DNA of 54,658 nt from Akkermansiaceae bacterium. GTDB taxonomy: Bacteria; Verrucomicrobiota; Verrucomicrobiia; Verrucomicrobiales; Akkermansiaceae. Shown piece by piece: positions 9,158 through 19,110 of the stretch. The first letter of the stretch is position 1, and every line of letters starts with the position of its first letter. The notes beneath the pieces are model-generated. The model searched no databases. It had not been told where the DNA came from and was given only the letters and a program-made list of their open reading frames with translations. Location of the stretch: contig JBPOGF010000023.1 in the NCBI GenBank assembly GCA_051251915.1, positions 1 through 54,658 on the forward strand, given 5' to 3'. The position numbers and the translations under genes were made by a program.

Positions 9158-10036
9158 TTATTTCTTTTTACGGAAGCCGTGGGTCATTTGGCCGAGGAAG
9201 GTTTTTGGGAATTCTTTTTGGTCGTGGAATCCTAGGGTGATGTCTTTGCCGTTACGGGGGATGTAGGCGGAGCGGAATAGGTAGTCCCAGATGCTGAGTG
9301 AGAGTCCGAAGTTCATGCCGTAGCGGTGGTTTTTGGGGAGTTTGCGGGCGTGGTGCCAGATGTGCATTTGTGGGTTGTTGAAGATGTATTTGAGTGGGCC
9401 GAGTGGGACGCGGATGTTGGAGTGGTTGAAGTGACCGATGATGATGGTGAAGATGTGGACGATGATGAAGTTTTCGATGCCAAAGCCGATGAGGGCTAGG
9501 GGGATGTATTCGATGACTCTGTAGACGACGTTTTCCATCCAGTGGTAGCGGAGGTGGGCGGCGAAGCCCATTTGTTCGACGGAGTGGTGGACTTTGTGGA
9601 ATTCCCAGAGCCAGGGGACACGGTGGAGCAGGCGGTGGACGTTCCAGTGGATGAAGTCTCGGAGGATGAAGAGTGTGAATAGCTGGGCGGCGACTGACCA
9701 GGTCTGGATGTGTATGGCTACGAGGTTGGTTATGCCGATGGAGGCTAGGAGTTCGGTGAACCAGGTGACGACTAGTTCTGATCCGGCGTGGTAGATGACG
9801 AGGGAGAAGATGAAGAAGTTGAAGAACATGTAGAAGGTGTCTAGCCAGAAGTCTTTGCGGAACTTGGGCTGGTCTTCGCGCCATGGGCGGAAGATTTCTA
9901 GGAGGAAGAAGAAGAGGGAGATGCCGATGAGCCAGTAGAAGTAGTTGTTCCAGCTGGGGTTGCTGATTTCTTTGACGAGGTAGTTCCAGTAGTTGGAGTA
10001 TGCGTTTTGGATGATTTCTAGTGGTTCTGAGAACAT
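9158..10036 (-). CDS. Sterol desaturase / fatty acid hydroxylase family membrane protein
   Basis: His boxes HRLLH, HKVHH, HFNH, HIWHH; hydrophobic helices; WDYLF. Confidence 0.9.
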   Translation of the reverse strand: MFSEPLEIIQNAYSNYWNYLVKEISNPSWNNYFYWLIGISLFFFLLEIFRPWREDQPKFRKDFWLDTFYMFFNFFIFSLVIYHAGSELVVTWFTELLASIGITNLVAIHIQTWSVAAQLFTLFILRDFIHWNVHRLLHRVPWLWEFHKVHHSVEQMGFAAHLRYHWMENVVYRVIEYIPLALIGFGIENFIIVHIFTIIIGHFNHSNIRVPLGPLKYIFNNPQMHIWHHARKLPKNHRYGMNFGLSLSIWDYLFRSAYIPRNGKDITLGFHDQKEFPKTFLGQMTHGFRKKK

Positions 10037-10521
10037 GGCGGTGAGATTTGTTGGTGGCTTGGTGGTGAGATTATGGAGTGGGGGGAAATATTCCGTGAAA
10101 AGTGATGTGATGGGGGAGAGTTTTTCAGATTTAGGCTAGGGAAAATTTATCTACTGTTCATTATCAGTAGTTTGAGGTTGTGCAAGTGCTAAGCGGGGTA
10201 GCGGGGTGTCTGATAATGTGAGGGGCTTCTTTTTAGTTCTCTGAGTTGGAATTATAGTGGTTTGTTTAAGTTTGACAGTGGTTTGATCTCCTAATGACTC
10301 GATAAATGACCCTGTAAACCAAAGTGATACAAAAGGTGATGATCCGATATATAAAAATGAAGGGACAGTAAAGGGTGATGAAATAGATGATGCAAAAATA
10401 AGTAGCGCTACGCATGAAATGATATTAATGCTGGATTATTTAAGTTTGACAGAATCTTGAAGTCAGTAAAAATGCTTGTTGAAATAGATGACTGAACAAC
10501 AACTCCATAATATTATTGGCT

Positions 10522-11619
10522 ATGAGTGCTGAGCTTATTAAAAACCAAGAATATCTTGATTGGTTGAAAGGTTTGAAGCAGTCGTTTCGATGTTCGCAAT
10601 TAAAGTCTGTGGTGGCAGTTAATTCTAATTTGCTAGAATTTTATTGGGAGCTAGGAGAGGACATTATCTCTCTTCAGGAGCTGAGTAGCTGGGGAGATAG
10701 CTTTCTTAAGTAATTGAGCAAAGATCTAACACTGGAATTCCCTGAAATGAAGGGCTTTTCTTATCGTAATCTTTGCTTTATGCGACAGTGGGTGCAATTT
10801 TACAAAGAGTTAGATCTTAATAGTGAAACAGCCTGTTTCACAAATGGAGAGCGGGCTAATCTATGCGGGGAGCTAAATGTGATACAGCTTGTTTCACATT
10901 TAAAATTAATTCCTTGGGGGCATCATATTGCCATCATGCAGAAATGTGAGAGTGCTAGTGTCGGTTTATTCTACATCAAGTCTACACTCAAAAATGGATG
11001 GAGCCGTAGTATTTTGTTACAGCAACTCAAGAGTCAATTACATCGGCGAGAAGCTCAGCTGGTTCATAATTTCGAGGATACGTTGGCAGCTATTGATTCC
11101 GACTTAGCAAGTCAAACGCTCAAGGACCCTTACGTATTTGATTTCCTAACATTAAGCGAAGATTTTCAGGAGCGAGAATTGGAGTCATCCTTAATTGATC
11201 ACCTTGAAAAATTTCTATTAGAGCTAGGCAAGGGCTTTGCCTTTGTAGGTAGGCAATATCAGCTTTCGGTCAGCGATCAGGATTTCTACATCGACTTATT
11301 ATTTTATCATTTAGAATTGCGCTGCTTTGTGGTGATTGATTTAAAGATTGGAGGGTTTAAAGCGGAGTTCGCTGGAAAGATGAATTTCTACTGTTCAGCG
11401 GTTGATGACTTACTTGTTAGAGAAGGAGACAAGCCAACAATTGGACTAATCCTCTGCCGTGATAAAGATAAGTTGATAGCTGAATACTCTCTCCGTGGTT
11501 TGAAAAGCCCAATTGGGGTGTCAGAGTATCAGCTAACCCAATCTCTACCAACAGAGCTCAAGTCAAGCCTGCCAAGTATTGAGGATATTGAACGTGAATT
11601 AGAGGAGGGGAATGAGTAA
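10522..11619 (+). pseudogene. yhcG: YhcG/DUF1016 PD-(D/E)XK nuclease family gene with an in-frame premature stop
   Basis: YWELG, WG, GFSYRNL, IPWGH, KDPYVFDFL, FLLELGKGFAFVGRQ, IDLLFYH motifs; TAA at 10711-10713 splits one continuous frame. Confidence 0.85.
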
Positions 11620-11631
11620 CGGTGTTGCTAA

Positions 11632-12465
11632 AAATGCTGCATCCATAAGCTGAATCTACAAATAGAAGAAGTAGAGAAAGCAGAAGAACAATTGAAAAAA
11701 GAAAAAAGCGTTTACGAAAGCGTTATAATGTCCAAAGCTAGGTTGTTTTCGATGTTAGAAACACTCGCAATGGCTAACGACATTGAACTAGAGCGACGCC
11801 TGAACTTACTTACGAAGGAATCAAATTCTATAAAATCAAGGCTTAAAAAATATAATATAAAGAAGGGTTAGATAGAGCTGGTGGAATAGTTCATGAATAC
11901 ATGGTCGAAATAGGAAGCAAGTTTGAATTTGAAAGAGGCTATCAGCCAATTAATTTACATTTTTCTCTTTGAGACTTTTGATCTTTATCACTTGTCTCCT
12001 AAAGGGGAAAAAATTTATCTTAGATCAATGGGAAGTGGTGCAAACTGGCTCTATTGCCATGTGAAACTCTTTTTGGCTCTAAATCGCTATTTTACTGAAC
12101 TTAAAGGACAGTGTGCAATACCGTCTATTATATTTTTTGATCAACCTACTCAGGTCTACCTCCCTAATTTTAGGCGGGATAATTCAAAAACGTTTGAGGA
12201 CCAGAAAAAACTAGAAAAATCACTTCGTGTAAAAGGTGCTGTAGAGATTGGAGAAGGGGATGTTGATGCTGATGTTGTAGCAGTCGAAACATTATTCAGC
12301 CAGCTATCTATTTATTGTAATGAAATTGAGGAATATTATGGCTATAGTCCCCAGATTATAGTTACGGATCATGCTGATGATCTTGAACTTTCGGATGGTG
12401 TAAATTTTGAATCACTTGTAAATGGTAATAGATGGGGAGATCGAGGGGGTGATTCACCCTGTTAA
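11632..12465 (+). pseudogene. Truncated, frameshifted DUF3732 (ABC three-component ATPase-like) remnant
   Basis: Coiled-coil segment followed by YLRSMGSGANWL..H, FFDQPTQVY and QIIVTDHAD; reading frame shifts near 11868 and 11968; no N-terminal Walker A half. Confidence 0.7.
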
Positions 12466-12756
12466 AATTTTAGATTCTTGATTTGAATTCATTTAATTTA
12501 CATGGAAAGGATTTTAATCTGAAACAAATAGACTGTTATGAGTGGAAGGGAAGGCTTGTAGTGTATATAATATTTTCATTATCTCACTGGAGTAGACAAT
12601 CTCGATAAAAGAGTAATTTCCTCAGTGTTTATGTAAAATCTAGATTAGATGAAGGAGAAAAATCTGACGATGGAACTGCTCGACCGACCAGCGCTCTGAG
12701 CAAGCCACAATTTATCCTTGAAATATAGATGTTTCCGTAGAGAATTTGCATCAAGA

Positions 12757-15531
12757 ATGAAACTATATTTAGAATACTTAAAGGAGATTGAGGAGCGTAA
12801 GACTGAAGGTTTGAATCCTAAGCCGATTGATGGAGCTGAGCTGTTGAGTGAAATCATCGCTCAAGTTAAGGATAAAGGGAATGAGCATAGGGCTGCGTCT
12901 CTTAACTTTTTCATTTATAATGTGCTGCCTGGGACTACGAGCGCGGCTGGTGAGAAGGCTGAGTTTCTTAAGGAGATTATTCTTGGGGAGTCTGAGGTGG
13001 AGGAGATTTCTCAGGCGTTTGCGTTTGAGTTGTTGTCTCACATGAAGGGAGGGGCGTCTATTGAGGTGCTGCTGGATTTGGCTTTGAATGATGGGGTGGA
13101 TGCTGGGATTGCTAAGCAGGCTGCTGAGGTGTTGAAGACTCAGGTATTTCTTTATGAGGCTGATATGGAGAAGCTTGAGGCTTCTTATAAGGCGGGTAAT
13201 GCTATTGCTAAAGAGCTTCTTGAGAGTTATGTGGCGGCGGAATTTTTTACGAAGCTTCCTGAGATTGAGGAAGAGATCAAGCTGGTTACTTACATTGCTG
13301 GTGAAGGTGATATTTCTACGGATTTGCTTTCTCCTGGTGGGGAGGCGCATTCGCGCTCTGACCGTGAGCTTCATGGTAAGTGTTTTATTTCTCCAGAGGC
13401 TCAGCAGGAGATCTCAGATCTTCAGGCGGCTCATACTGATAAGCGTGTGATGCTTATTGCTGAGAAGGGGACGATGGGTGTGGGGTCGTCTAGGATGTCT
13501 GGTATTAATAATACGGCGTTGTGGGCTGGTAGACAGGCTAGTGCTTATGTGCCGTTTGTGAATATTTCACCTATTGTGGCTGGGACAAATGGGATTTCTC
13601 CGATTTTCTTGACTACTGTGGATGTGACTGGCGGACTTGGTCTGGATCTTAAAAACTGGGTTCGTAAGGTGGATGCTGATGGTAATACTGTTCTCGATGA
13701 GGATGGTGAGCCAGTGTTGGAGCAGGCTTATTCTGTGGATACTGGGACGATTCTTACGGTGAATACGAAGACGAAGAAGCTATCTAATGGTGATAAGGAA
13801 TTGGTGGATATTTCATCTGCTCTTACGCCACAGAAAGTGGAGTTTATGAAGGCTGGTGGTTCTTACGCGATTGTGTTTGGTAAGAAGTTGCAGACTTTGG
13901 CGGCGAAGATTATGGGAGTGGATGCTCCGCAGGTGTTTGCGCCTTCTAAGGTGGTTTCAAACGATGGTCAGGGTTTGACTGCGGTTGAGAAGATTTTCAA
14001 TAGGAATGCGGTGGGAGTGCCTAAGGGGACTGTGCTGCATGCTGGGTCTGATGTGCGTGTGGAGGTGAACATTGTTGGTTCGCAGGATACGACTGGTTTG
14101 ATGACTTCTCAGGAGCTTGAGGCGATGGCGGCTACGATTATTTCACCGGTGGTGGATGGTGCGTATCAGTCTGGTTGTCACACGGCGTCTGTTTGGGATA
14201 AGAAGGCTCAGGCTAATATTCCTAAGTTGATGAGTTTCATGCAGAAGTTTGGTTTGATCACTGCTCGTGACCCTGAGGATAAGTATCATCCGATGACGGA
14301 TGTTATCCATAAGGTTTTGAATGATCTTGCGGTGGATGACTGGGATGTGATCATTGGTGGTGACTCTCATACGCGTATGTCTAAGGGTGTGGCATTTGGT
14401 GCTGACTCTGGGACTGTGGCGCTAGCGCTGGCAACGGGGGAGGCTACGATGCCGATTCCTGAGTCTGTGAAGGTGACGTTTAAAGGAACGATGAAGGATC
14501 ACATGGATTTCCGTGATGTGGTGCATGCTACGCAGTTGCAGATGCTTCAGGAGTTTGGTGAGAATGTGTTCCAGGGCCGTATAATTGAGGTTCATATTGG
14601 GACGCTTCCATCTGATCAGGCGTTTACGTTTACTGACTGGACTGCGGAGATGAAGGCTAAGGCATCGATTTGTATTTCTGAGAATGAGACGCTTATTGAG
14701 TCACTGGAGATTGCTAAGGGCAGGATTCAGATCATGATTGATAAGGGGATGGATAATGCAGGTCAGGTTCTTCAGGGCTTGATTGACAAGGCGAATAAGC
14801 GGATTTCAGATATTAGGTCTGGTGCGAATCCGGCGTTGACTCCTGATGCGAGTGCTAAGTATTCTGCTGAATTTGTGGTGGATCTTGATAAGATTGACCA
14901 GCCGATGATTGCTGATCCGGATGTGAACAATGATGATGTATCTAAGCGTTATACGCATGACACTATCCGTGAGTTAGATTTCTACGGTGGTGACAAGCAT
15001 GTGGATCTTGGTTTTGTGGGATCATGCATGGTGCATAAGGGTGACTTGAAGATTGTATCTCAGATGTTGAGAAACCTTGAGGCAGCTCAGGGTAAGGTGG
15101 AGTTTAAGGCGCCACTTGTGGTTGCGGCTCCTACTTATAACATCATTGATGAACTTAAGGCTGAGGGTGACTGGGATATGTTAGAGAAGTATTCAGGATT
15201 TGTGTTCGATGATAGTGCTCCTAAGGGTGCGGCTAGGGTTGAGTATGAGAATATGATGTATCTTGAGCGTCCGGGTTGTAACCTTTGCATGGGTAATCAG
15301 GAGAAGGCTGAGAAGGGCGACACTGTGATGGCGACCTCTACGCGTTTGTTCCAAGGCCGAGTGGTAGCGGATTCTGACCGTAAGAAGGGTGAGTCATTGC
15401 TGGCATCGACTCCGGTTGTGGTTCTCTCTGCGATACTTGGTAGAATTCCAAATATGGAGGAGTATAAGGCGGCTGTTGTGGGGATTAACCTGACGAAGTT
15501 TGCTCCTAGTAATCAATCAATGGTTTCTTAA
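12757..15531 (+). CDS. acnB: Bifunctional aconitate hydratase 2 / 2-methylisocitrate dehydratase
   Basis: HEAT-like N-terminus, STDLLSP, GVGSSR, GSQDTTG, QSGCHT, GGDSHTR, GSCM, PGCNLCMGNQ; ATG at 12757 preferred over the upstream TTG. Confidence 0.96.
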   Translation: MKLYLEYLKEIEERKTEGLNPKPIDGAELLSEIIAQVKDKGNEHRAASLNFFIYNVLPGTTSAAGEKAEFLKEIILGESEVEEISQAFAFELLSHMKGGASIEVLLDLALNDGVDAGIAKQAAEVLKTQVFLYEADMEKLEASYKAGNAIAKELLESYVAAEFFTKLPEIEEEIKLVTYIAGEGDISTDLLSPGGEAHSRSDRELHGKCFISPEAQQEISDLQAAHTDKRVMLIAEKGTMGVGSSRMSGINNTALWAGRQASAYVPFVNISPIVAGTNGISPIFLTTVDVTGGLGLDLKNWVRKVDADGNTVLDEDGEPVLEQAYSVDTGTILTVNTKTKKLSNGDKELVDISSALTPQKVEFMKAGGSYAIVFGKKLQTLAAKIMGVDAPQVFAPSKVVSNDGQGLTAVEKIFNRNAVGVPKGTVLHAGSDVRVEVNIVGSQDTTGLMTSQELEAMAATIISPVVDGAYQSGCHTASVWDKKAQANIPKLMSFMQKFGLITARDPEDKYHPMTDVIHKVLNDLAVDDWDVIIGGDSHTRMSKGVAFGADSGTVALALATGEATMPIPESVKVTFKGTMKDHMDFRDVVHATQLQMLQEFGENVFQGRIIEVHIGTLPSDQAFTFTDWTAEMKAKASICISENETLIESLEIAKGRIQIMIDKGMDNAGQVLQGLIDKANKRISDIRSGANPALTPDASAKYSAEFVVDLDKIDQPMIADPDVNNDDVSKRYTHDTIRELDFYGGDKHVDLGFVGSCMVHKGDLKIVSQMLRNLEAAQGKVEFKAPLVVAAPTYNIIDELKAEGDWDMLEKYSGFVFDDSAPKGAARVEYENMMYLERPGCNLCMGNQEKAEKGDTVMATSTRLFQGRVVADSDRKKGESLLASTPVVVLSAILGRIPNMEEYKAAVVGINLTKFAPSNQSMVS

Positions 15532-15557
15532 AAGGAAGCTGTTAGATTAGGATTTTT

Positions 15558-15592
15558 AAAGTGTGGCTCTGTGATGGGGCTGCACTTTTTTT
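15558..15592 (+). terminator. Intrinsic terminator after acnB
   Basis: AAAGTGTGGCTC..GGGCTGCACTTTTTTT hairpin plus T-run. Confidence 0.8.
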
Positions 15593-15606
15593 GTGGGGTG
15601 GGGAGG

Positions 15607-15699
15607 TGAGCTTTGGTAGTTCTTACGTGTTGGGGATCTGCGATCCGTCAGAGGTTGATTGGTCAATGGTCATTGGTGGTGGACGATGGAACGCTTGGT
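15607..15699. repeat. ~90-bp dispersed repeat, copy 1
   Basis: 34-nt identical core GGGGATCTGCGATCCGTCAGAGGTTGATTGGTCA also found at 31690-31723, with similar flanks. Confidence 0.9.
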
Positions 15700-15867
15700 C
15701 GATGAAACAGAACTTGCTTGGTTTGATGGATTTTTTACCACGAATCGGTAAGAATCGGCACTAAATTTCGCGAATGGTGGACGATGGAACACTTGGATGA
15801 GATTGACTTTTTTAGGATATCTGACTATATGTCGGGGCTGTCTTTTGAAGGACAGATTGATTTTTAT

Positions 15868-16158
15868 ATGAAAACTACATTCACACTTGATAAGCCTAAG
15901 GTAAAGTTAGCGCGGCAGATAGAGGCTACGAAGTCTCAGATTAATAAATATGTTAAGCGTGAGCGTGGTAAGAAGTTACCTGAGGGGGCTGATTTCTGGG
16001 ATTTCTCCTGTAAGTTTGGAGATACAAAGGATGATGCGAAGCCTTGCCACTTGAAGGAGATTATGAAGCATATTGATGAGGCTGAGGCGAAGGAGCAGAT
16101 TAGCTTCTATGTGGAGATTACTACGGTTGTGGGGCGTAGGCAGAAGAAGCAGGACTAG
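15868..16158 (+). CDS. DUF6172-like small hypothetical protein
   Basis: MKTTF..KYVKRER.KKLPEGADFWDF.CKFG..SFYVEI pattern; start moved to the ATG at 15868. Confidence 0.75.
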   Translation: MKTTFTLDKPKVKLARQIEATKSQINKYVKRERGKKLPEGADFWDFSCKFGDTKDDAKPCHLKEIMKHIDEAEAKEQISFYVEITTVVGRRQKKQD

Positions 16159-16172
16159 CATTTAAGGTTGGT

Positions 16173-17117
16173 CTATAGTTTGGCATTTATTGCCTTGGTT
16201 AGACTGGCTGCTTTTTGCTTGGCTTGGTTTAGTGGAAGACCTTTGGGGACTTTTGGGCGCTTGTGTCCGGTTTCGGTGAGCCATGCGTTGCGCAGGATTT
16301 GAGCTCGCTGGTTGATGAGCTGGAGGAGTTCAGGGGAGCCGCCTAGATGCGTTACCATTTCCTGTGGGTTCTTGCTATTGGCTGATTTATTGTCGCCAAA
16401 CCAAGCTAAGATTGGCTGAGTCATTACCCAGTGGCCATCTTGGTTTGGGTGGACGCCGTCTTTTTGATAGGTGAATTTAGGGTTTGTTCTTCTCTGTTGT
16501 TGGAGAGTTTTGCCCATGTGGGTGTTTACGTCGATGACGTTCCAGCCATTTTTACGCTGTGATACTAGCCATGTTGAGTAGGTTTTGAGGACATCGGCGT
16601 AGTATTCTTGTTTTGGTTTTATCTGAGCGTCGAAGTTGGCTGGGGTAATGAAGATGATCTGTGCGCCTGCTGCTTCGGCTTTAGTTTTGAGTTTAGTGAT
16701 TCCTGCTTGGTATTTCTGGAAGCGTTCTTTATCGAGGGGCTGGTAGATGCCGCAGTTCATGCCGTAGCAGGCGAAGATGAGGTCTGGTTTTGTCTTGGTG
16801 AGGACGCGGTCTAGTCGTTCGAAGAGGTCTGGTCTGGGAAATCTTCCTCCGGCGTGACCTTTTTCACTCAGTCCTGAGACTGTTTCTGATCCAAGACCGA
16901 GGTTGATGACGGATCGTTGTTGTTTGGGGTAGGTGAGTGTGAGCCAGGTTTCAATATGGCTTACATAAGTGCCTGCATATGTGATGCTGTCGCCTAGAAA
17001 GATAATATTCTTAGAGTTCTGGATAAGTTCTTGATGGGGAGCAACCGGTTTAGCGTGGGATGAGGTGGCTAAGATGGATGCTAAGCAGAAATAAATGAGA
17101 TAAGTATATCTTTTCAT
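16173..17117 (-). CDS. SGNH/GDSL hydrolase, secreted
   Basis: Signal peptide, FLGDSIT, GMN, DGVHPN blocks. Confidence 0.92.
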   Translation of the reverse strand: MKRYTYLIYFCLASILATSSHAKPVAPHQELIQNSKNIIFLGDSITYAGTYVSHIETWLTLTYPKQQRSVINLGLGSETVSGLSEKGHAGGRFPRPDLFERLDRVLTKTKPDLIFACYGMNCGIYQPLDKERFQKYQAGITKLKTKAEAAGAQIIFITPANFDAQIKPKQEYYADVLKTYSTWLVSQRKNGWNVIDVNTHMGKTLQQQRRTNPKFTYQKDGVHPNQDGHWVMTQPILAWFGDNKSANSKNPQEMVTHLGGSPELLQLINQRAQILRNAWLTETGHKRPKVPKGLPLNQAKQKAASLTKAINAKL

Positions 17118-17161
17118 GATGGGTGAGTTACTTAAATGGGTGATTTAATCGAGCACTGCTA

Positions 17162-17869
17162 TTAAAACTGTGGAGAGTTTTGGATGGCTTGGAGTAGCTG
17201 GGAGGCGTGCCATTGGCCAGGGGCGGTTGCTTTGGTTCCGAGGTATCCGTAGTTTAAGACTGATCCGAGCTGGGCGTAGAGGAGTCTGGATGCTGGAGCT
17301 AGTGGTCCCATACCCATTAGGGAGATGGCTATGGATGGGGTGTTCTGGATGATTTCTGCGCAGCGGAATATGTCTGAGACGGATTCGTGGAAGACGGCGA
17401 TTTTAGCGATGTCTGCGCCGCTGTCGATGGCGCGGGAGATGACGTCTTTGAGCTGATCTGACGATGGGGTTTTTTTGAAGTTGTGATGGGATGCGATGAG
17501 GATGCATCCCATGTCTTTGACGTAGGTCGCGGCTTCGTGCATTTCTTCGATGTTAGCGAGCTCGATATCGACGAAGTTTGCCATGGGGGAGAGGCCCATG
17601 ATGAGCTGTGATCTCTGGGTGGAGTCTAGCTGGCTTTGACCACCTTCTGTGGTGCATCTGGCGGTGATGAGGGTCTGAACTTGGGTGTTTTTCAGTTTGA
17701 GGAGGACGTTTTTTACAATTGGGAGTTGTGGGACGAGGTTATCTAACCGGAATTCGACGATGTCTGATTCTGCTGTTGAGAATGGGTGATCTAACAGAGC
17801 TGGGTCGGCCACAGAGCCTACTGTTTTAGGGGATGAGGGCATGCTAGGATGGGATGATCTATAACTCAT
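17162..17869 (-). CDS. aroD: Type I 3-dehydroquinate dehydratase
   Basis: VEFRLD, ITAR..EGG, VDIE, SHHNF.KTP, GADIAKIA, MGMG...SR, APGQ; start uncertain (17869 or 17842). Confidence 0.88.
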   Translation of the reverse strand: MSYRSSHPSMPSSPKTVGSVADPALLDHPFSTAESDIVEFRLDNLVPQLPIVKNVLLKLKNTQVQTLITARCTTEGGQSQLDSTQRSQLIMGLSPMANFVDIELANIEEMHEAATYVKDMGCILIASHHNFKKTPSSDQLKDVISRAIDSGADIAKIAVFHESVSDIFRCAEIIQNTPSIAISLMGMGPLAPASRLLYAQLGSVLNYGYLGTKATAPGQWHASQLLQAIQNSPQF

Positions 17870-18061
17870 AATTGGGAGCAATGTGCTGGAAACTATTGGT
17901 CTTGTCAATGTATGGAAAAGCCATCGGTGGAAAAAATGTGAAAAAGTTGGTTTGGAGGTTTGACATAGCACGGCAAAAAAGGGTTATATAGATGAAAGAT
18001 AGATTTAGTCTGTCTCTCACACACACCTACTTTACCAACTACACGGAACTATACGTAACTC

Positions 18062-18862
18062 ATGAGCGAAGAGAAAAATAATCAAGCGAAAACTGACCCG
18101 GCGGCTACACAGCCTATCAAGAAAACTTCAGCGGTGCCTCTTAGAAAAGAGACAGTGCGCGTTACTTTAAAAGCACCAGGCGCTAAGCCTGGTGGTGCGC
18201 CAGCGGGCGTGGAGTCATCAGCACCAGCACCAGCTCCTACAATGAAGCTTGGTAATGTAGCGCCTCCAAGGCCACTATCCGCGGCACCAACTATTCCTTT
18301 AGGAGCACCAGTGGCACCGCCATCAGCACCTAAGGCTAATCTTCCAGATGCGACATCTGCAGTGCCTCTTAAGCAAGAGACAATGCGTGTGACATTGAAG
18401 GCGGATAAGGACGGTAATCCAGCAGGCGGCGCACCAGCGGCACCAGCACCGGCACCGACAATTCCACTTGGTGGAGGAGCTCCTAAGCCACCAACACCAG
18501 CGAGCCCAGCACCAACTATGAAGTTAGGTGGAGCACCAACAGTGCCACTCGCTACACAGCCACTCAATGCGCCTTTAGGCGGAGGTGGTGCTAGCCAGCC
18601 ACTACCAAAAGCAACTGTGGAGCTTCAGCAAACACAGCAACTCACTCAAGGGTTAGGTGCACCGACACAGGCTGCGACTATCCAGACAGTATCAGAAGGA
18701 GATGAAGCATCACGTGGCGGAACAGGAGCGGCATTGCCACTTACTATTGTGGCGTTTGTGCTTTCACTTATCGTTCTCTACTTCCAGTTCTCACATGCTA
18801 AGATCTGGGTCGATGAGCACAAAGACGGAGACACGATGTCTATCTTTGAGTCTGCAGAATAA
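18062..18862 (+). CDS. Pro/Ala-rich disordered protein with internal repeats and a C-terminal transmembrane helix
   Basis: Duplicated TSAVPL(R/K)xET(V/M)RVTLKA, repeated APT(M/I/V)(K/P)L, TM segment LPLTIVAFVLSLIVLYF; CCA/GCA codon bias like that of trxA and HU. Confidence 0.85.
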   Translation: MSEEKNNQAKTDPAATQPIKKTSAVPLRKETVRVTLKAPGAKPGGAPAGVESSAPAPAPTMKLGNVAPPRPLSAAPTIPLGAPVAPPSAPKANLPDATSAVPLKQETMRVTLKADKDGNPAGGAPAAPAPAPTIPLGGGAPKPPTPASPAPTMKLGGAPTVPLATQPLNAPLGGGGASQPLPKATVELQQTQQLTQGLGAPTQAATIQTVSEGDEASRGGTGAALPLTIVAFVLSLIVLYFQFSHAKIWVDEHKDGDTMSIFESAE

Positions 18863-18902
18863 TAAGTTAGTCAACCACACCTTTTACTACTAAGAAAAAA
18901 TT

Positions 18903-18983
18903 ATGTTTATTCCTATTTTACTCATTCTTCTCGCTGCTGGCGTCATTACCATCGCTTATCTTACAAGCGTAGTGCCTAAGTAG
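18903..18983 (+). CDS. Putative 26-aa single-TM small protein (below the ORF-track cutoff)
   Basis: ATG..TAG encodes MFIPILLILLAAGVITIAYLTSVVPK; lies 40 nt after the upstream gene and before a hairpin. Confidence 0.6.
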   Translation: MFIPILLILLAAGVITIAYLTSVVPK

Positions 18984-19041
18984 AGAGTAGGAGAGATTAA
19001 CAATTAATGATTTAGAGATTCTAGATCAAGTACACTTCATT

Positions 19042-19078
19042 GAGAGCCGCATGCTAATTTTTTTAGTCTGCGGCTCTT
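19042..19078 (+). terminator. Stem-loop, probable terminator
   Basis: GAGCCGCA..TGCGGCTC stem; weak T tail. Confidence 0.55.
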
Positions 19079-19110
19079 GACGTTTTAACAAATAGAGGCA
19101 TAGTTACGGC

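Noticed and set aside
10150..10169. CTACTG..CAGTAG palindrome as a LexA box
   Set aside because: CTG-N8-CAG spacing does not fit the proteobacterial CTG-N10-CAG box, and the neighbouring genes give no support
10290..10460. Short open frame NDSINDPVNQSD.. resembling linker repeats of Fic/ATP-binding proteins
   Set aside because: Too short and without a clear start or diagnostic motif to support a call
10711..10713. Selenocysteine, pyrrolysine or recoding at the yhcG internal stop
   Set aside because: The codon is TAA, not TGA or TAG, and TAA terminates many normal genes in this window
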